64,000 nucleotides of DNA from an uncultured Clostridium sp. Lineage in GTDB: Bacteria > Bacillota > Clostridia > Lachnospirales > Lachnospiraceae. Below the pieces are notes generated by a model that was given only the letters and a program-made list of their open reading frames with translations, ran no database searches and had not been told where the DNA came from. Each line of letters starts with the position of its first letter. Positions within the stretch are counted from its first letter, which is position 1. A program made the position numbers and the translations under genes. The stretch is taken from contig UQBG01000012.1 of NCBI GenBank assembly GCA_900539185.1, positions 4,910-68,909 on the forward strand, written 5' to 3'. Below are positions 31,576 to 40,573 of the stretch, one piece after another.

Positions 31576-32922
31576 ATGGGATTCGGAAAAGATTTTATGT
31601 GGGGAGCAGCGAGTGCGGCTTATCAGGTAGAGGGTGCCTGGAATGAAGACGGAAGAGGACCAAGTGTCTGGGATGTCTGTGGAAGAGGACGCGAAAAGGT
31701 AATGTTCAATGAAACGGGCGATATCGCATGTGATCATTATCATAGATATAAGGAAGATGTGGCACTGATGAAAGAGATGGGACTGAAGTGCTATCGGTTT
31801 TCCATCAGTTGGTCACGGGTTTTACCGGATGGTACCGGCAAAATCAATGAGAAAGGTTTGAAGTTTTATTCGGATCTGGTAGACGAACTTCTGGCAAATG
31901 ATATTACACCGTTGGTTTCCATTTTCCATTGGGATTATCCATATGCGCTGTATCAGAAGGGTGGCTGGATGAATCCGGAATCCTCTGAGTGGTTCTTAGA
32001 GTATGCGAAAATCGTGGTAGATGCATTATCTGACCGGGTATCATGCTGGTTAACGATCAATGAGCCGCAGTGCTTTATAGGTTGTGGATATGAGTTTGGC
32101 AGTCATGCACCATTTGTTCAGATGGCACCAAAGGATCTGATCACGATGACACACAACGTATTGTTGGCACATGGTAAGACGGTGAAGTATATTCGGGAGC
32201 ACGCAAAGACAAAGGCAGAGATTTCATTTGCACCGATCGCACCGGTTTATATTCCGGAAAATGACACGAAAGAAGCGATAGAGGCAGCCAGACGGAAGAC
32301 GTTCAGTATGACAAAGGAGGGCTTCACCTTTGGACTGACCTGGTGGAGTGATCCGATTATACTGGGAAAATATCCGGAAGAGGCATATGAGCTCTTTGGA
32401 GAGGATATGCCGGTGTACAGTGAGGAAGATATGAAGCTGATCAGTCAGCCATTGGACTTCTATGGAATGAATGTTTACTACTCAGCAGGAGAGCATCGGA
32501 CGGATGCCTATCCAGTATATATGTGGCAGGGACGTGCAACTACGACTATGGGCTGGCCGGTGACCCCGGAAGCACTGTATTGGTCGCCGAAGTTCCTGTA
32601 TGAGCGTTACGGACTTCCGATCATGATTACGGAAAATGGTATGGCAGGTATGGATTGGATTCATATGGATGGCAAGGTTCATGATTCATATCGTATCGAC
32701 TTTATGCATCGGTATTTGCTGGAGTATAAGCGTGCGGCAGAGGATGGTGTGCCATTGAAGGGCTATATGTACTGGTCACTGACAGATAACTTTGAGTGGG
32801 CGTTCGGTTATAATCAGCGGTTTGGTTTGATTTATGTGGATTATCAGACCCAGCAGAGAACGATGAAGGATGCTGCCTACTGGTATAAGGAAGTTATGGA
32901 GACAAACGGAGAAAATTTATAA
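31576..32922 (+). CDS. bglA: Glycoside hydrolase family 1 beta-glucosidase / 6-phospho-beta-glucosidase
   Basis: GH1 motifs including LTINEP acid/base and ITENG nucleophile. The second ATG (31576) is preferred because the RBS abuts the first. Confidence 0.85.
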   Translation: MGFGKDFMWGAASAAYQVEGAWNEDGRGPSVWDVCGRGREKVMFNETGDIACDHYHRYKEDVALMKEMGLKCYRFSISWSRVLPDGTGKINEKGLKFYSDLVDELLANDITPLVSIFHWDYPYALYQKGGWMNPESSEWFLEYAKIVVDALSDRVSCWLTINEPQCFIGCGYEFGSHAPFVQMAPKDLITMTHNVLLAHGKTVKYIREHAKTKAEISFAPIAPVYIPENDTKEAIEAARRKTFSMTKEGFTFGLTWWSDPIILGKYPEEAYELFGEDMPVYSEEDMKLISQPLDFYGMNVYYSAGEHRTDAYPVYMWQGRATTTMGWPVTPEALYWSPKFLYERYGLPIMITENGMAGMDWIHMDGKVHDSYRIDFMHRYLLEYKRAAEDGVPLKGYMYWSLTDNFEWAFGYNQRFGLIYVDYQTQQRTMKDAAYWYKEVMETNGENL

Positions 32923-32950
32923 AAAAGGTAGTGCAATTTTTCAAGGACTA

Positions 32951-32959
32951 TGCTATAAT
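32951..32959 (+). promoter_or_regulatory. Extended -10 (TGcTATAAT) promoter for tRNA-Pro
   Basis: atgctataat at 32950-32959, followed by a leader hairpin GCAAAAGTTGCTGAA-GAGA-TTCAGTAACTTTTGC (32961-32995) ending 3 nt before the tRNA 5' end. Confidence 0.4.
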
Positions 32960-32998
32960 AGCAAAAGTTGCTGAAGAGATTCAGTAACTTTTGCTTTC

Positions 32999-33072
32999 CG
33001 GAATGTGGCTCAGTTTGGTAGAGCGCTTCGTTCGGGACGAAGAGGTCGCGTGTTCGAATCACGTCATTCCGA
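32999..33072 (+). tRNA. tRNA-Pro (anticodon CGG)
   Basis: 74-nt cloverleaf: CGGAATG-TG-GCTC-AGTTTGGTA-GAGC-G-CTTCG-TTCGGGA-CGAAG-AGGTC-GCGTG-TTCGAAT-CACGT-CATTCCG-A. The track ORF 32991..33665 overlaps it as an in-frame artefact. Confidence 0.85.
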
Positions 33073-33078
33073 TGCTGG

Positions 33079-33125
33079 AAAAAGAGCGGAATCCCCAGAG
33101 TTTTCAAGGGGTTTCGCTCTTTTTA
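33079..33125 (+). terminator. Intrinsic terminator after tRNA-Pro
   Basis: Stem AAAGAGCG ... CGCTCTTT enclosing CCCCAGAGTTTTCAAGGGG, followed by a T-run. Confidence 0.6.
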
Positions 33126-33182
33126 CATTACGTGATTTTTAACTCAGGGATTATAGGTACAGAACGTAAGGGATGTAGGAAT

Positions 33183-33665
33183 ATGAATCAGATTAAGAAG
33201 GCAACGGAAGCGGATGCACAGGAAATTTTAAAATTATATCAGACGATGCTGTACGGACCGGCAGACTGGAATGAAGGCTATCCGTCTCACAAGACAATCG
33301 CATTTGATCTGTCAAGAGGGGCTTTGTTTGTTATGAAGAATGCGCAGGGGGAGATTTTGGCTACAATCTCGATCGATGAGGATGAGGCGGTTGAACGACT
33401 GACCTGTTGGGATCCGGCACTGCAGCCGAGTGCAGAGCTTGCAAGACTTTGTGTACGGAAGGATGCACAGGGAAAAGGCATTGCGAAGCAGATGATGCGG
33501 TTTGTGTTCGGAATTCTCAGAGAAGAGGGGGAAAAAAGTGTCCATATACTGGTAAAGACGGGGCACGAGGTTGCACTTTCTGCCTATCGAACACTTGGAT
33601 TTCGTGAGGTTGGAACCTGCCATTTATTTGATAAAGATTTCATTTGTATGGAAATCATTCTTTAA
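33183..33665 (+). CDS. GNAT-family N-acetyltransferase
   Basis: Trimmed to the ATG at 33183 (MNQIKKATEADAQEIL). Acetyl-CoA motif RKDAQGKGIAKQMM. Confidence 0.7.
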   Translation: MNQIKKATEADAQEILKLYQTMLYGPADWNEGYPSHKTIAFDLSRGALFVMKNAQGEILATISIDEDEAVERLTCWDPALQPSAELARLCVRKDAQGKGIAKQMMRFVFGILREEGEKSVHILVKTGHEVALSAYRTLGFREVGTCHLFDKDFICMEIIL

Positions 33666-33710
33666 ACTCCTGATTATTTTCAATAAAAATTCTCAAAAGA
33701 AAACTATATA

Positions 33711-33769
33711 TTGACATGCAAGTTAGATTAAACTAACATATATGTGAACGTAATCATAAAATGTTCACA
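33711..33769 (+). promoter_or_regulatory. Promoter (TTGACA-17-TAACAT) plus 7-bp inverted repeat TGTGAAC-N13-GTTCACA, a candidate TetR operator
   Basis: -35 at 33711-33716 and -10 at 33734-33739. Inverted-repeat arms at 33743-33749 and 33763-33769, immediately upstream of the TetR gene. Confidence 0.45.
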
Positions 33770-33795
33770 AAAAATAAATGTATGGAGAGGATACG

Positions 33796-34386
33796 ATGCC
33801 AACAAGAGTATTTTCAGAGGAAGAACGGGAAGCATTGCGAATTCAGATGCTGGAGGTTGGATTTCCATTGCTAAAACAGTATGGTATGACGCATACTTCG
33901 ATTTCAAAGATTACCAAGGCGGCGGGAATCGGAACCGGTACATTCTATAAGTTCTGGGAGAGCAAAGAGGCCTATATGGCGGAGCTGATTCAGTATCGTG
34001 TAGGAAAGATAAGACCAACGCTGATTGGAGCGGAAGCATTATCCGGACAGAGACGACTGGGACGCGAAGATGCACGCCGATACCTGCGGGCGGTGGTGGA
34101 TGAGGAGGTCAGCATTTATCCGCATATGACATTAGAGGATGAGGCGAGGCTACTTCATGGAACCGATGCATTTATTCCGGATCTGGATAAAGAGCATGCG
34201 ATTACAATGGGCCTGCTGGGGTATCTGGATAATGTACGGGAGGATGTGAATGTCGGATTGGTTGCGAATCTTACAAAGGTTTTGGTGCTAACCTCAGAAT
34301 CCCGGGAGGAGCTGCATGCATCGGCGTATCAGGAAACGCTGGAGACACAGATTGAGACGATTTTGAATTTAATTTTTAAGAATTAG
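33796..34386 (+). CDS. TetR/AcrR-family transcriptional regulator
   Basis: Trimmed to the ATG at 33796 (MPTRVF), which has a GGAGAGGA RBS. N-terminal HTH TSISKITKAAGIGTGTFYKFW. Confidence 0.7.
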   Translation: MPTRVFSEEEREALRIQMLEVGFPLLKQYGMTHTSISKITKAAGIGTGTFYKFWESKEAYMAELIQYRVGKIRPTLIGAEALSGQRRLGREDARRYLRAVVDEEVSIYPHMTLEDEARLLHGTDAFIPDLDKEHAITMGLLGYLDNVREDVNVGLVANLTKVLVLTSESREELHASAYQETLETQIETILNLIFKN

Positions 34387-34402
34387 GTAGGAGGAAAAAC
34401 AG

Positions 34403-35323
34403 ATGAAAAAGATAAAAGAGACAGAAAAAGGATTTTACGGATGCTATTGGCCGGTAGAAGGAAGCACTTGTGCAATCATTGCGATGCTGGGAGATGACTG
34501 TGAGGATCATATGGCAAAAGGAGCCGTAAAGTGGCTTCAGAAAAAGTTTCAGGTCAGTGTGGTAACACTGAGCCCGGCGCATAAGAATTATAGTCATCAT
34601 AACCTTCCGGTAGAACGAATCGGAGCGGTTATAAAATACCTTCAGGAGAGAGGAATAAAGAAAATAGGAATTGCAGGGGCTTCTACAACGGGTATGTTTG
34701 CCCTGATAGCGGCGTCCTATTATCCGGAGATTACATTAACTTTGGCGATGACTCCGTCAGACTTTGTAATGGAGGGCTTCTATCAGGGAAAGCGTGATGG
34801 TATGACAGAGTGGCCGGGAGAAGGAGAATCTACTGCATCCTGGGAAGGAAAGCCGCTTCCGTATCTCCCGTATGCATATCGTCACCCGGCGTATGGTCAG
34901 AAGATGAAGGATGATGCAAAGAAGAATGGTGACATGATCTCATCCGTCAATATATTCATTGATTCCGAAAAGGCACATCCGATCCAGGAGGAAGAATTTA
35001 TTAAGATTGAACGGATTCATGGAAAGGTACTGTTGATCGGAGCCGAAGATGATTCTTTGTGGGAAGCGGCAAAGTATATCCGAAGAATGGAGAAGCGGCT
35101 GGAGACACATGCACATGAGTGTGAGGTGGAGAGTTATATTTATGAGCACGCAACTCATTTTGTATTCCCGGAAGGAATGTTAAAAGCAATAATACCGGCT
35201 GTAGGGGATCTGATGACATGGGTATTTGCTGCCGGACGAAAGTTCCCAAAGGAATGTAAGGAAGCACGGAAGGATATTGAGCGGCATGTGACAGATGCGA
35301 TTGAGACGTGGAAACGCCGGTAA
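34403..35323 (+). CDS. Alpha/beta hydrolase (BAAT/acyl-CoA thioesterase-like C-domain)
   Basis: 306 aa with nucleophile elbow GASTTGM and downstream acid/His candidates. Confidence 0.6.
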   Translation: MKKIKETEKGFYGCYWPVEGSTCAIIAMLGDDCEDHMAKGAVKWLQKKFQVSVVTLSPAHKNYSHHNLPVERIGAVIKYLQERGIKKIGIAGASTTGMFALIAASYYPEITLTLAMTPSDFVMEGFYQGKRDGMTEWPGEGESTASWEGKPLPYLPYAYRHPAYGQKMKDDAKKNGDMISSVNIFIDSEKAHPIQEEEFIKIERIHGKVLLIGAEDDSLWEAAKYIRRMEKRLETHAHECEVESYIYEHATHFVFPEGMLKAIIPAVGDLMTWVFAAGRKFPKECKEARKDIERHVTDAIETWKRR

Positions 35324-35470
35324 TGGAAGAAAGGAGAATACCAATGGCAGTCAAAGTAACGGATGCAAGCAGAAATGTGAAAAAAGCTGTTGCAACGAAA
35401 AATGTCACATAGTATTATAATGAGGATCTTGGAAAATATGTGATATTTAAAATGGATATGAGGATTAATT

Positions 35471-37414
35471 ATGCAATATAGCGATGAAATGGACAAAACG
35501 CAAGAAGGGATACATTTGAAGAAGAAAAGGTTTGTAAAATTAAAAAAAACAGGAAATATCTTTGCGATTATGGGACTGTCTATCATTTGGGTTATAGCTG
35601 CGTACACATTTATTCTGCAAAGTGCCTATACTAAGACTGCACTGGAAACAGAAATCTCCCGTGATAGAGCAAGTGCAGATGCAGTCCATAAACTGGTGGA
35701 TGGAAAAATTGGGTGGGAGGATTTTTCACAAATCAAGGATCGCTCCGATGAAGATACACAGTTCTATAAGGATATTTCCCTCTACCTCAACGAGATCCGG
35801 ACATTGAATTCTACAAGGTATATTTACATTGCTACGAGAAACGAAGAAGGAAAACTGATCTATGTGGTGGATGGTTTGAATCCAGATGCCGGGGATGTAA
35901 GACATCCCGGGGATTATATAGAGGATGAAATGATTCCCTATATTGAAAGGGCTCTCTCTGGGGAAAACGTGTATTCTCAAGATATTGTGGACACAACCTG
36001 GGGACCAATTTTCACGGCCTGCTATCCGGTACGTTCAAATCTGGATGGAACGGGAGAGATCGTAGGTGCATTCTGTATTGAAATTGATATGCAGTCTGCG
36101 TATGGCATGGTAGAGAAGACAAAAAACATATCTGTAATTTGTGGCACGATTGCCGGATTAGTGTTGCTGATGATCTGTTTGAGTATCTATTTTATCTACC
36201 AGAAAAGCAAGAAAGAAGAATATACGCAAAAGCAACAGTTGTTGGAAGCTGTGGAAAAAGCAGATGCTGCCAATCAGGCAAAATCTACATTTTTGCTTAA
36301 CATGAGCCATGATATCCGAACCCCAATGAATGCCATCATTGGATTTACCAATATTGCATTGCACCAGAATGCGGTTGCAGAAATACATGAAAGTCTGGAA
36401 AAAGTGCGGGAAAGTTCCAATCATCTGCTTTCGTTGTTGAATGATATTCTTGATCTCAGTCGTATTGAAAGTGGAAAAACAGTGTTTTCTCCTGAACCGG
36501 TGAATATTACCGAGCTGACAGATAATGTTCTGGCAATCATGAAAGGCCTTCTTTATAACAGAGATTTGAAGATTGAAGTATACCGTGAAAGACCAAAGAA
36601 TTCCTATGTTCTTGCAGATGCTGCACGTATTCGAGAAGTTCTGACGAATCTTCTCAGTAATGCTGTGAAATTCACAAAGGATGGTGGAACGGTCACACTG
36701 GACATCAGCAGTCATCCGGGAGAGGATGACAAGCATATTGTAGCCCGTTATATTGTTCGGGATAACGGTATTGGGATGAGTGAAGAGTTTCAGAAAAACC
36801 TATTTAAACCATTTTCACAAGAAGATGACAGAGGTGCCAGAACACAATATAAGGGTACCGGACTTGGAATGGCCATTACAAAGGAATATGTTCACATGAT
36901 GGGAGGCAAAATTGACTTTGAAAGCAAAAAGGGCATTGGAACTACTTTCATAGTGGAGATTCCGCTGGAGTTGACAGAGCAAGATATTCATCAAAAGCAA
37001 GAAGATCCAGTGAATCGTGATTTGACAGGTGTTAATGTTCTTATGGCAGAGGATAATGATCTGAATGCTGAGCTTGCTACGGTGATGCTGGAGGATGCAG
37101 GCATGGTTGTGACACGGGCATCCGATGGAAAGGAAGCGGTCGAACTATTCAAAAATCATCCACGAGGCACTTACGATATTATATTGATGGATATTATGAT
37201 GCCGAATATGGACGGATATCAGGCTGCGAAAACTATTCGGGCCATGGAGATGGAGCGACCGGACGCAAGTACGATTCCGATTATTGCCTTGTCCGCAAAT
37301 GCTTTTGTGGAGGATATCAAGGCTTCATTGGATTCTGGTATGAATGGTCATATTTCAAAACCATTTGACATGGAAGAAGTAACCGATACAATCACAAAAT
37401 ATGTCAAGTCTTAG
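35471..37414 (+). CDS. Hybrid sensor histidine kinase / response regulator (orphan)
   Basis: 647 aa. Two TM segments flank a periplasmic domain of about 170 aa. HisKA H-box [12 protein letters not shown]. HATPase_c with DNGIGM and GTGLGM. C-terminal receiver with DIMMPNMDG. Confidence 0.85.
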   Translation: MQYSDEMDKTQEGIHLKKKRFVKLKKTGNIFAIMGLSIIWVIAAYTFILQSAYTKTALETEISRDRASADAVHKLVDGKIGWEDFSQIKDRSDEDTQFYKDISLYLNEIRTLNSTRYIYIATRNEEGKLIYVVDGLNPDAGDVRHPGDYIEDEMIPYIERALSGENVYSQDIVDTTWGPIFTACYPVRSNLDGTGEIVGAFCIEIDMQSAYGMVEKTKNISVICGTIAGLVLLMICLSIYFIYQKSKKEEYTQKQQLLEAVEKADAANQAKSTFLLNMSHDIRTPMNAIIGFTNIALHQNAVAEIHESLEKVRESSNHLLSLLNDILDLSRIESGKTVFSPEPVNITELTDNVLAIMKGLLYNRDLKIEVYRERPKNSYVLADAARIREVLTNLLSNAVKFTKDGGTVTLDISSHPGEDDKHIVARYIVRDNGIGMSEEFQKNLFKPFSQEDDRGARTQYKGTGLGMAITKEYVHMMGGKIDFESKKGIGTTFIVEIPLELTEQDIHQKQEDPVNRDLTGVNVLMAEDNDLNAELATVMLEDAGMVVTRASDGKEAVELFKNHPRGTYDIILMDIMMPNMDGYQAAKTIRAMEMERPDASTIPIIALSANAFVEDIKASLDSGMNGHISKPFDMEEVTDTITKYVKS

Positions 37415-37446
37415 AATATGAAAGATTAGGCAAACAAAGTGGGAAA

Positions 37447-37480
37447 GGAGAACCGTTATCAAAAGGTTCTCTTTTCTTTT
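37447..37480. terminator. Bidirectional terminator between hybrid kinase and dinB
   Basis: Stem GGAGAACC / GGTTCTC with 10-nt loop, followed by TTTTCTTTT. Overlaps the dinB stop codon. Confidence 0.55.
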
Positions 37481-38697
37481 GACAGGCCACCGGTCATGTG
37501 AGCCTGATCTGAGTTTACAAATCTGGCACGGAGAATCGAATCTTCTCCGTAGCGGTTGCGAATGCTGTCGATCGCCGCATTCAGCTTCGAGAGCTTTTCG
37601 TTCTCCTCGGCGTGGAACAGGTCGAGTTGCTGGGAATCGGCACCGGAGATGTGACCGGTAGAAATGCCGATCTGGCGCAGAGGGGTGTGATCCCATAGGG
37701 TATCGAAGAGCTGACAGGCGGTGGTGTAGATTACTTCAGTGACGTTGGTCGCTGAGGAGAGCTGACTCTGATGGGACTGGCGATGGAAGTCACAGTCTAC
37801 AATCGAGACAGAAACCATGCTGATATAGGCTCCGTCCATGCGGATTCTGGCACCAATCGTTTCACTAAGGGATAATAAAAAGGTCTTTGCCGTTTCGGCG
37901 TCGGTTACGTCATAAGCAATCGTGACAGAGTTCCCGTAGCTTTTATTGGCAGTCTTGTGGTCGGTAACCAGTTCGATGTCGTGTCCGTTTGCATAGTTCC
38001 AGATGATTTCTCCATGCTTTTTAAAATGTGAGCGAAGGATATTCACATCACACCGAGCCAGATCACCGATCGTATGGATCCCCAGTGTATGTAGCTTCTG
38101 ACCGGTAGAACGTCCGACAAAGAACAGATCATCGACAGAGAGCGGCCACATCTTTACAGGAACTTCTTCCGGGAACAGAGTATGCACCCGATCCGGTTTT
38201 TCAAAGTCGGAAGCCATCTTAGCCAGAAGACGGTTTTTGGAAACACCGATATTAACGGTAAAGCCGAGCGTGTCACGGATGATGTCTTTTAATTTACCGG
38301 CAAATTCCACAGGTGAGCCATACAGGCGGCCGGTGCCGGTCATGTCACAGAAGGCTTCGTCGATACTATACTGTTCTACGATGGGAGCGTAGGAGCGCAG
38401 AAGTTCCATAAAGGCATGAGACTGTGCAACGTATAGAGCATAGTCCGGTGGAACAACAGTCAGTCCGGGGCATTTTCTGCGGGCATTTACAAGAGGTTCA
38501 CCGGTTCGAATCTGATAGATCTTTGCCGGAGAGGACTTTGCTAAAACAATGCCGTGGCGATTTTTCTCACTTCCGCCGATGACGGATGGGATCGTGCGTA
38601 GATCCGTGGAGGAAGGATCAGCGGACAGACGACGGGCAGCCTCCCAGGAAAGGAAGGCACTATTCACATCTATATGATAAATAATCGGTTCTGGCAT
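37459..38697 (-). CDS. dinB: DNA polymerase IV (Y-family translesion polymerase)
   Basis: 412 aa with N-terminal HIDVNSAFLS ... DEAF motifs, fingers/palm/thumb and little-finger regions. Confidence 0.85.
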   Translation of the reverse strand: MPEPIIYHIDVNSAFLSWEAARRLSADPSSTDLRTIPSVIGGSEKNRHGIVLAKSSPAKIYQIRTGEPLVNARRKCPGLTVVPPDYALYVAQSHAFMELLRSYAPIVEQYSIDEAFCDMTGTGRLYGSPVEFAGKLKDIIRDTLGFTVNIGVSKNRLLAKMASDFEKPDRVHTLFPEEVPVKMWPLSVDDLFFVGRSTGQKLHTLGIHTIGDLARCDVNILRSHFKKHGEIIWNYANGHDIELVTDHKTANKSYGNSVTIAYDVTDAETAKTFLLSLSETIGARIRMDGAYISMVSVSIVDCDFHRQSHQSQLSSATNVTEVIYTTACQLFDTLWDHTPLRQIGISTGHISGADSQQLDLFHAEENEKLSKLNAAIDSIRNRYGEDSILRARFVNSDQAHMTGGLSKEKRTF

Positions 38698-38737
38698 ATC
38701 GGTACCTCTTTAAAATGAATTCTTATACCATATTATC

Positions 38738-38751
38738 AGAACAAATGTTCT
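38738..38751. promoter_or_regulatory. LexA (Cheo/SOS) box AGAACAAATGTTCT upstream of dinB
   Basis: Matches the Firmicute LexA consensus GAAC-N4-GTTC. About 40 nt upstream of the dinB start, in the divergent region shared with the MarR gene. Confidence 0.6.
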
Positions 38752-38853
38752 AAGTAAATAGGAAATTTGTAAAAAAAATATGAAAAAACAAAAAGAAGGA
38801 TTGATTTTTATTTTTTATACATATAACATAAAAAGAAAAAGGGAGGTAATGGA

Positions 38854-39342
38854 ATGAAGCAGACAGAAGTAGCAGCAACAAATGAAGTGGCAGAACTGGC
38901 GAATGAGATTACGATCCAGTCCTATCGGTGGAATCGGGTAGACCTCCATAGATTGTTTCAGAATATGTCTACTGTAGATTATGCCGCAATGTGGATCCTA
39001 TCCCGTCATATCGAGGGTGAAGAGGAGAATAAGAAGATTTATCTGAAAGAGATATCAGAAAAGCTGATGCTGCCGATGCCGAAGGTGTCCAGACTGGTAC
39101 AGGCCTTACAGGAGAAGGGACTGGTGACCTGGCGGCATGATGGCAAGGGGGAAGAGGGAACCTATATTCAGGTGACGGAGCATGGTGTCCAGAAGGGAAT
39201 CGAACAGCAGGAGACGCTGAAGGAGTTTTATAATCGAGTGATTCCAAGGTTCGGAAAAGAGCGGTTTGCACATCTGCTTGAGGAGATGAACGAACTTGAG
39301 GAGATCATGAAGGATGAAATGGAAAATAGCAGCAACCGGTAG
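38854..39342 (+). CDS. MarR-like winged-helix transcriptional regulator
   Basis: 162 aa. AGGGAGG RBS. Central wHTH segment ISEKLMLPMPKVSRLVQALQEKGLV. Confidence 0.55.
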   Translation: MKQTEVAATNEVAELANEITIQSYRWNRVDLHRLFQNMSTVDYAAMWILSRHIEGEEENKKIYLKEISEKLMLPMPKVSRLVQALQEKGLVTWRHDGKGEEGTYIQVTEHGVQKGIEQQETLKEFYNRVIPRFGKERFAHLLEEMNELEEIMKDEMENSSNR

Positions 39343-39397
39343 TTGCTTTTGTTAACATAAGTTCACACATTTTTCACAAATAATTAGCACTCAACAC

Positions 39398-39426
39398 TTG
39401 ACATTGCTAACAATAGGTGTTATAGT
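39398..39426 (+). promoter_or_regulatory. SigA-type promoter (TTGACA-17-TATAGT) about 160 nt upstream of hsp20
   Basis: Hexamers at 39398-39403 and 39421-39426. Embedded between the TTAGCACTC (39384-39392) and GTGCTAA (39522-39528) arms. Confidence 0.5.
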
Positions 39427-39583
39427 ACAGGCATAACAAAGGAAGAGGGATAAAAAGAATAGAAGATGATCCCGGAATCCGATGTTAAAGTTGAAACTCA
39501 ACACCTCAGATTTCTCTGATCGTGCTAATAGGTTATATGGTTTATGAATCGTAAGGATTCATCTTTGAAAGGAGTAATGACTT

Positions 39584-40045
39584 ATGTTACCTAGTATTTT
39601 TGGAGAAAGCTTATTTGATGACTGGATGGACTTCCCATTTGACGGGGAATTTGAAAAGCAGTTCTTCCCATCGAAGAATCCGTTGTATGGCAAGCATGCA
39701 AAGAACATGATGAAGACCGATGTGAAGGAAGTAGATGATCACTATGAAGTAGATATTGATCTTCCTGGATTCAAGAAAGACGAAGTAAGTGCAGAACTGA
39801 AGGACGGTTATCTGACAATCTCTGCAGCGAAGGGTCTGGATAAGGACGAGAAGGATAAGAAGACCGGCAAGTATATTCGTCAGGAGCGGTATGCCGGCAG
39901 TATGAGCCGAAGCTTCTATGTAGGTGAGGACATTACGCAGGATGAGATCAAAGCAAAGTATGAGAATGGTATCCTGCAGTTGACGATCCCGAAGAAGGAA
40001 GCAAAGCCTGCGGTAGAGCAGAAGAACTTCATAGCGATTGAATAA
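39584..40045 (+). CDS. Hsp20/alpha-crystallin-family small heat-shock protein
   Basis: 153 aa with alpha-crystallin-domain signature (DVKEVDDHYEVDIDLPGFKKDEV ... GILQLTIPK). Confidence 0.85.
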   Translation: MLPSIFGESLFDDWMDFPFDGEFEKQFFPSKNPLYGKHAKNMMKTDVKEVDDHYEVDIDLPGFKKDEVSAELKDGYLTISAAKGLDKDEKDKKTGKYIRQERYAGSMSRSFYVGEDITQDEIKAKYENGILQLTIPKKEAKPAVEQKNFIAIE

Positions 40046-40100
40046 CCGGAAACATAACAATATGTGCATAGGATGATAGAATAGAAAGGAAGTAATTATT

Positions 40101-40220
40101 ATGTCAGATAAGAATCCAAAGCATCCATTGAAAAAGAAAAAAGTTCAGCAGAAGATGTGTGTTGCAAATCATTCTGAGGAAGAGATGCAGCCAAAGTCAA
40201 AGAAGCATGTTTATAACTAG
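40101..40220 (+). CDS. Small lysine-rich hypothetical protein (39 aa; not in ORF track)
   Basis: MSDKNPKHPLKKKKVQQKMCVANHSEEEMQPKSKKHVYN. GAAAGGAAG RBS 8 nt upstream. A hairpin AATCGGAG/CTCCGATT with T-run follows at 40252-40290. Confidence 0.3.
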   Translation: MSDKNPKHPLKKKKVQQKMCVANHSEEEMQPKSKKHVYN

Positions 40221-40336
40221 CCGGGAAATGACTAATCTGTAAACGATAACGAATCGGAGAGCGGATGACGCCCTCCGATTTGTTGTTTATGCGATAAACA
40301 GTCGAGTAATAAAAACCTAAGACAAGGAGAGATGAT

Positions 40337-40564
40337 ATGAAGAATCCAGCAGCGTTATTTAAGTTTAAAGGATTATGGGATAGGTTCGTTCAGAACCATC
40401 CGAAGTTCCCGATGTTTATAAATGCATTGAAGAACTCCGGAATCTCTGAAGGGAGTGTACTGGAGATCCAGGTTACACAACCGGATGGTCAGCATATGAA
40501 GACCAATATCAAGGTATCCCAAGAGGATATGGAGCTGTTTGAACAGCTAAAAGAATTATTCTGA
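40337..40564 (+). CDS. Hypothetical small protein (75 aa)
   Basis: AAGGAGAGA RBS. No recognised motif. Confidence 0.45.
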   Translation: MKNPAALFKFKGLWDRFVQNHPKFPMFINALKNSGISEGSVLEIQVTQPDGQHMKTNIKVSQEDMELFEQLKELF

Positions 40565-40573
40565 TAGGTCAGG

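Noticed and set aside
32991-33182. N-terminal 64 codons of the track ORF 32991..33665
   Set aside because: This stretch begins at TTG and runs straight through tRNA-Pro and its terminator. The GNAT domain starts at the ATG at 33183, which has its own RBS.
39384-39410. Canonical CIRCE (TTAGCACTC-N9-GAGTGCTAA) at the hsp20 promoter
   Set aside because: Only the left arm is canonical. The sequence 9 nt downstream is ACATTGCTAA, which matches only 6 of the 9 right-arm positions, so I report it as a split or degenerate element rather than a functional HrcA operator.
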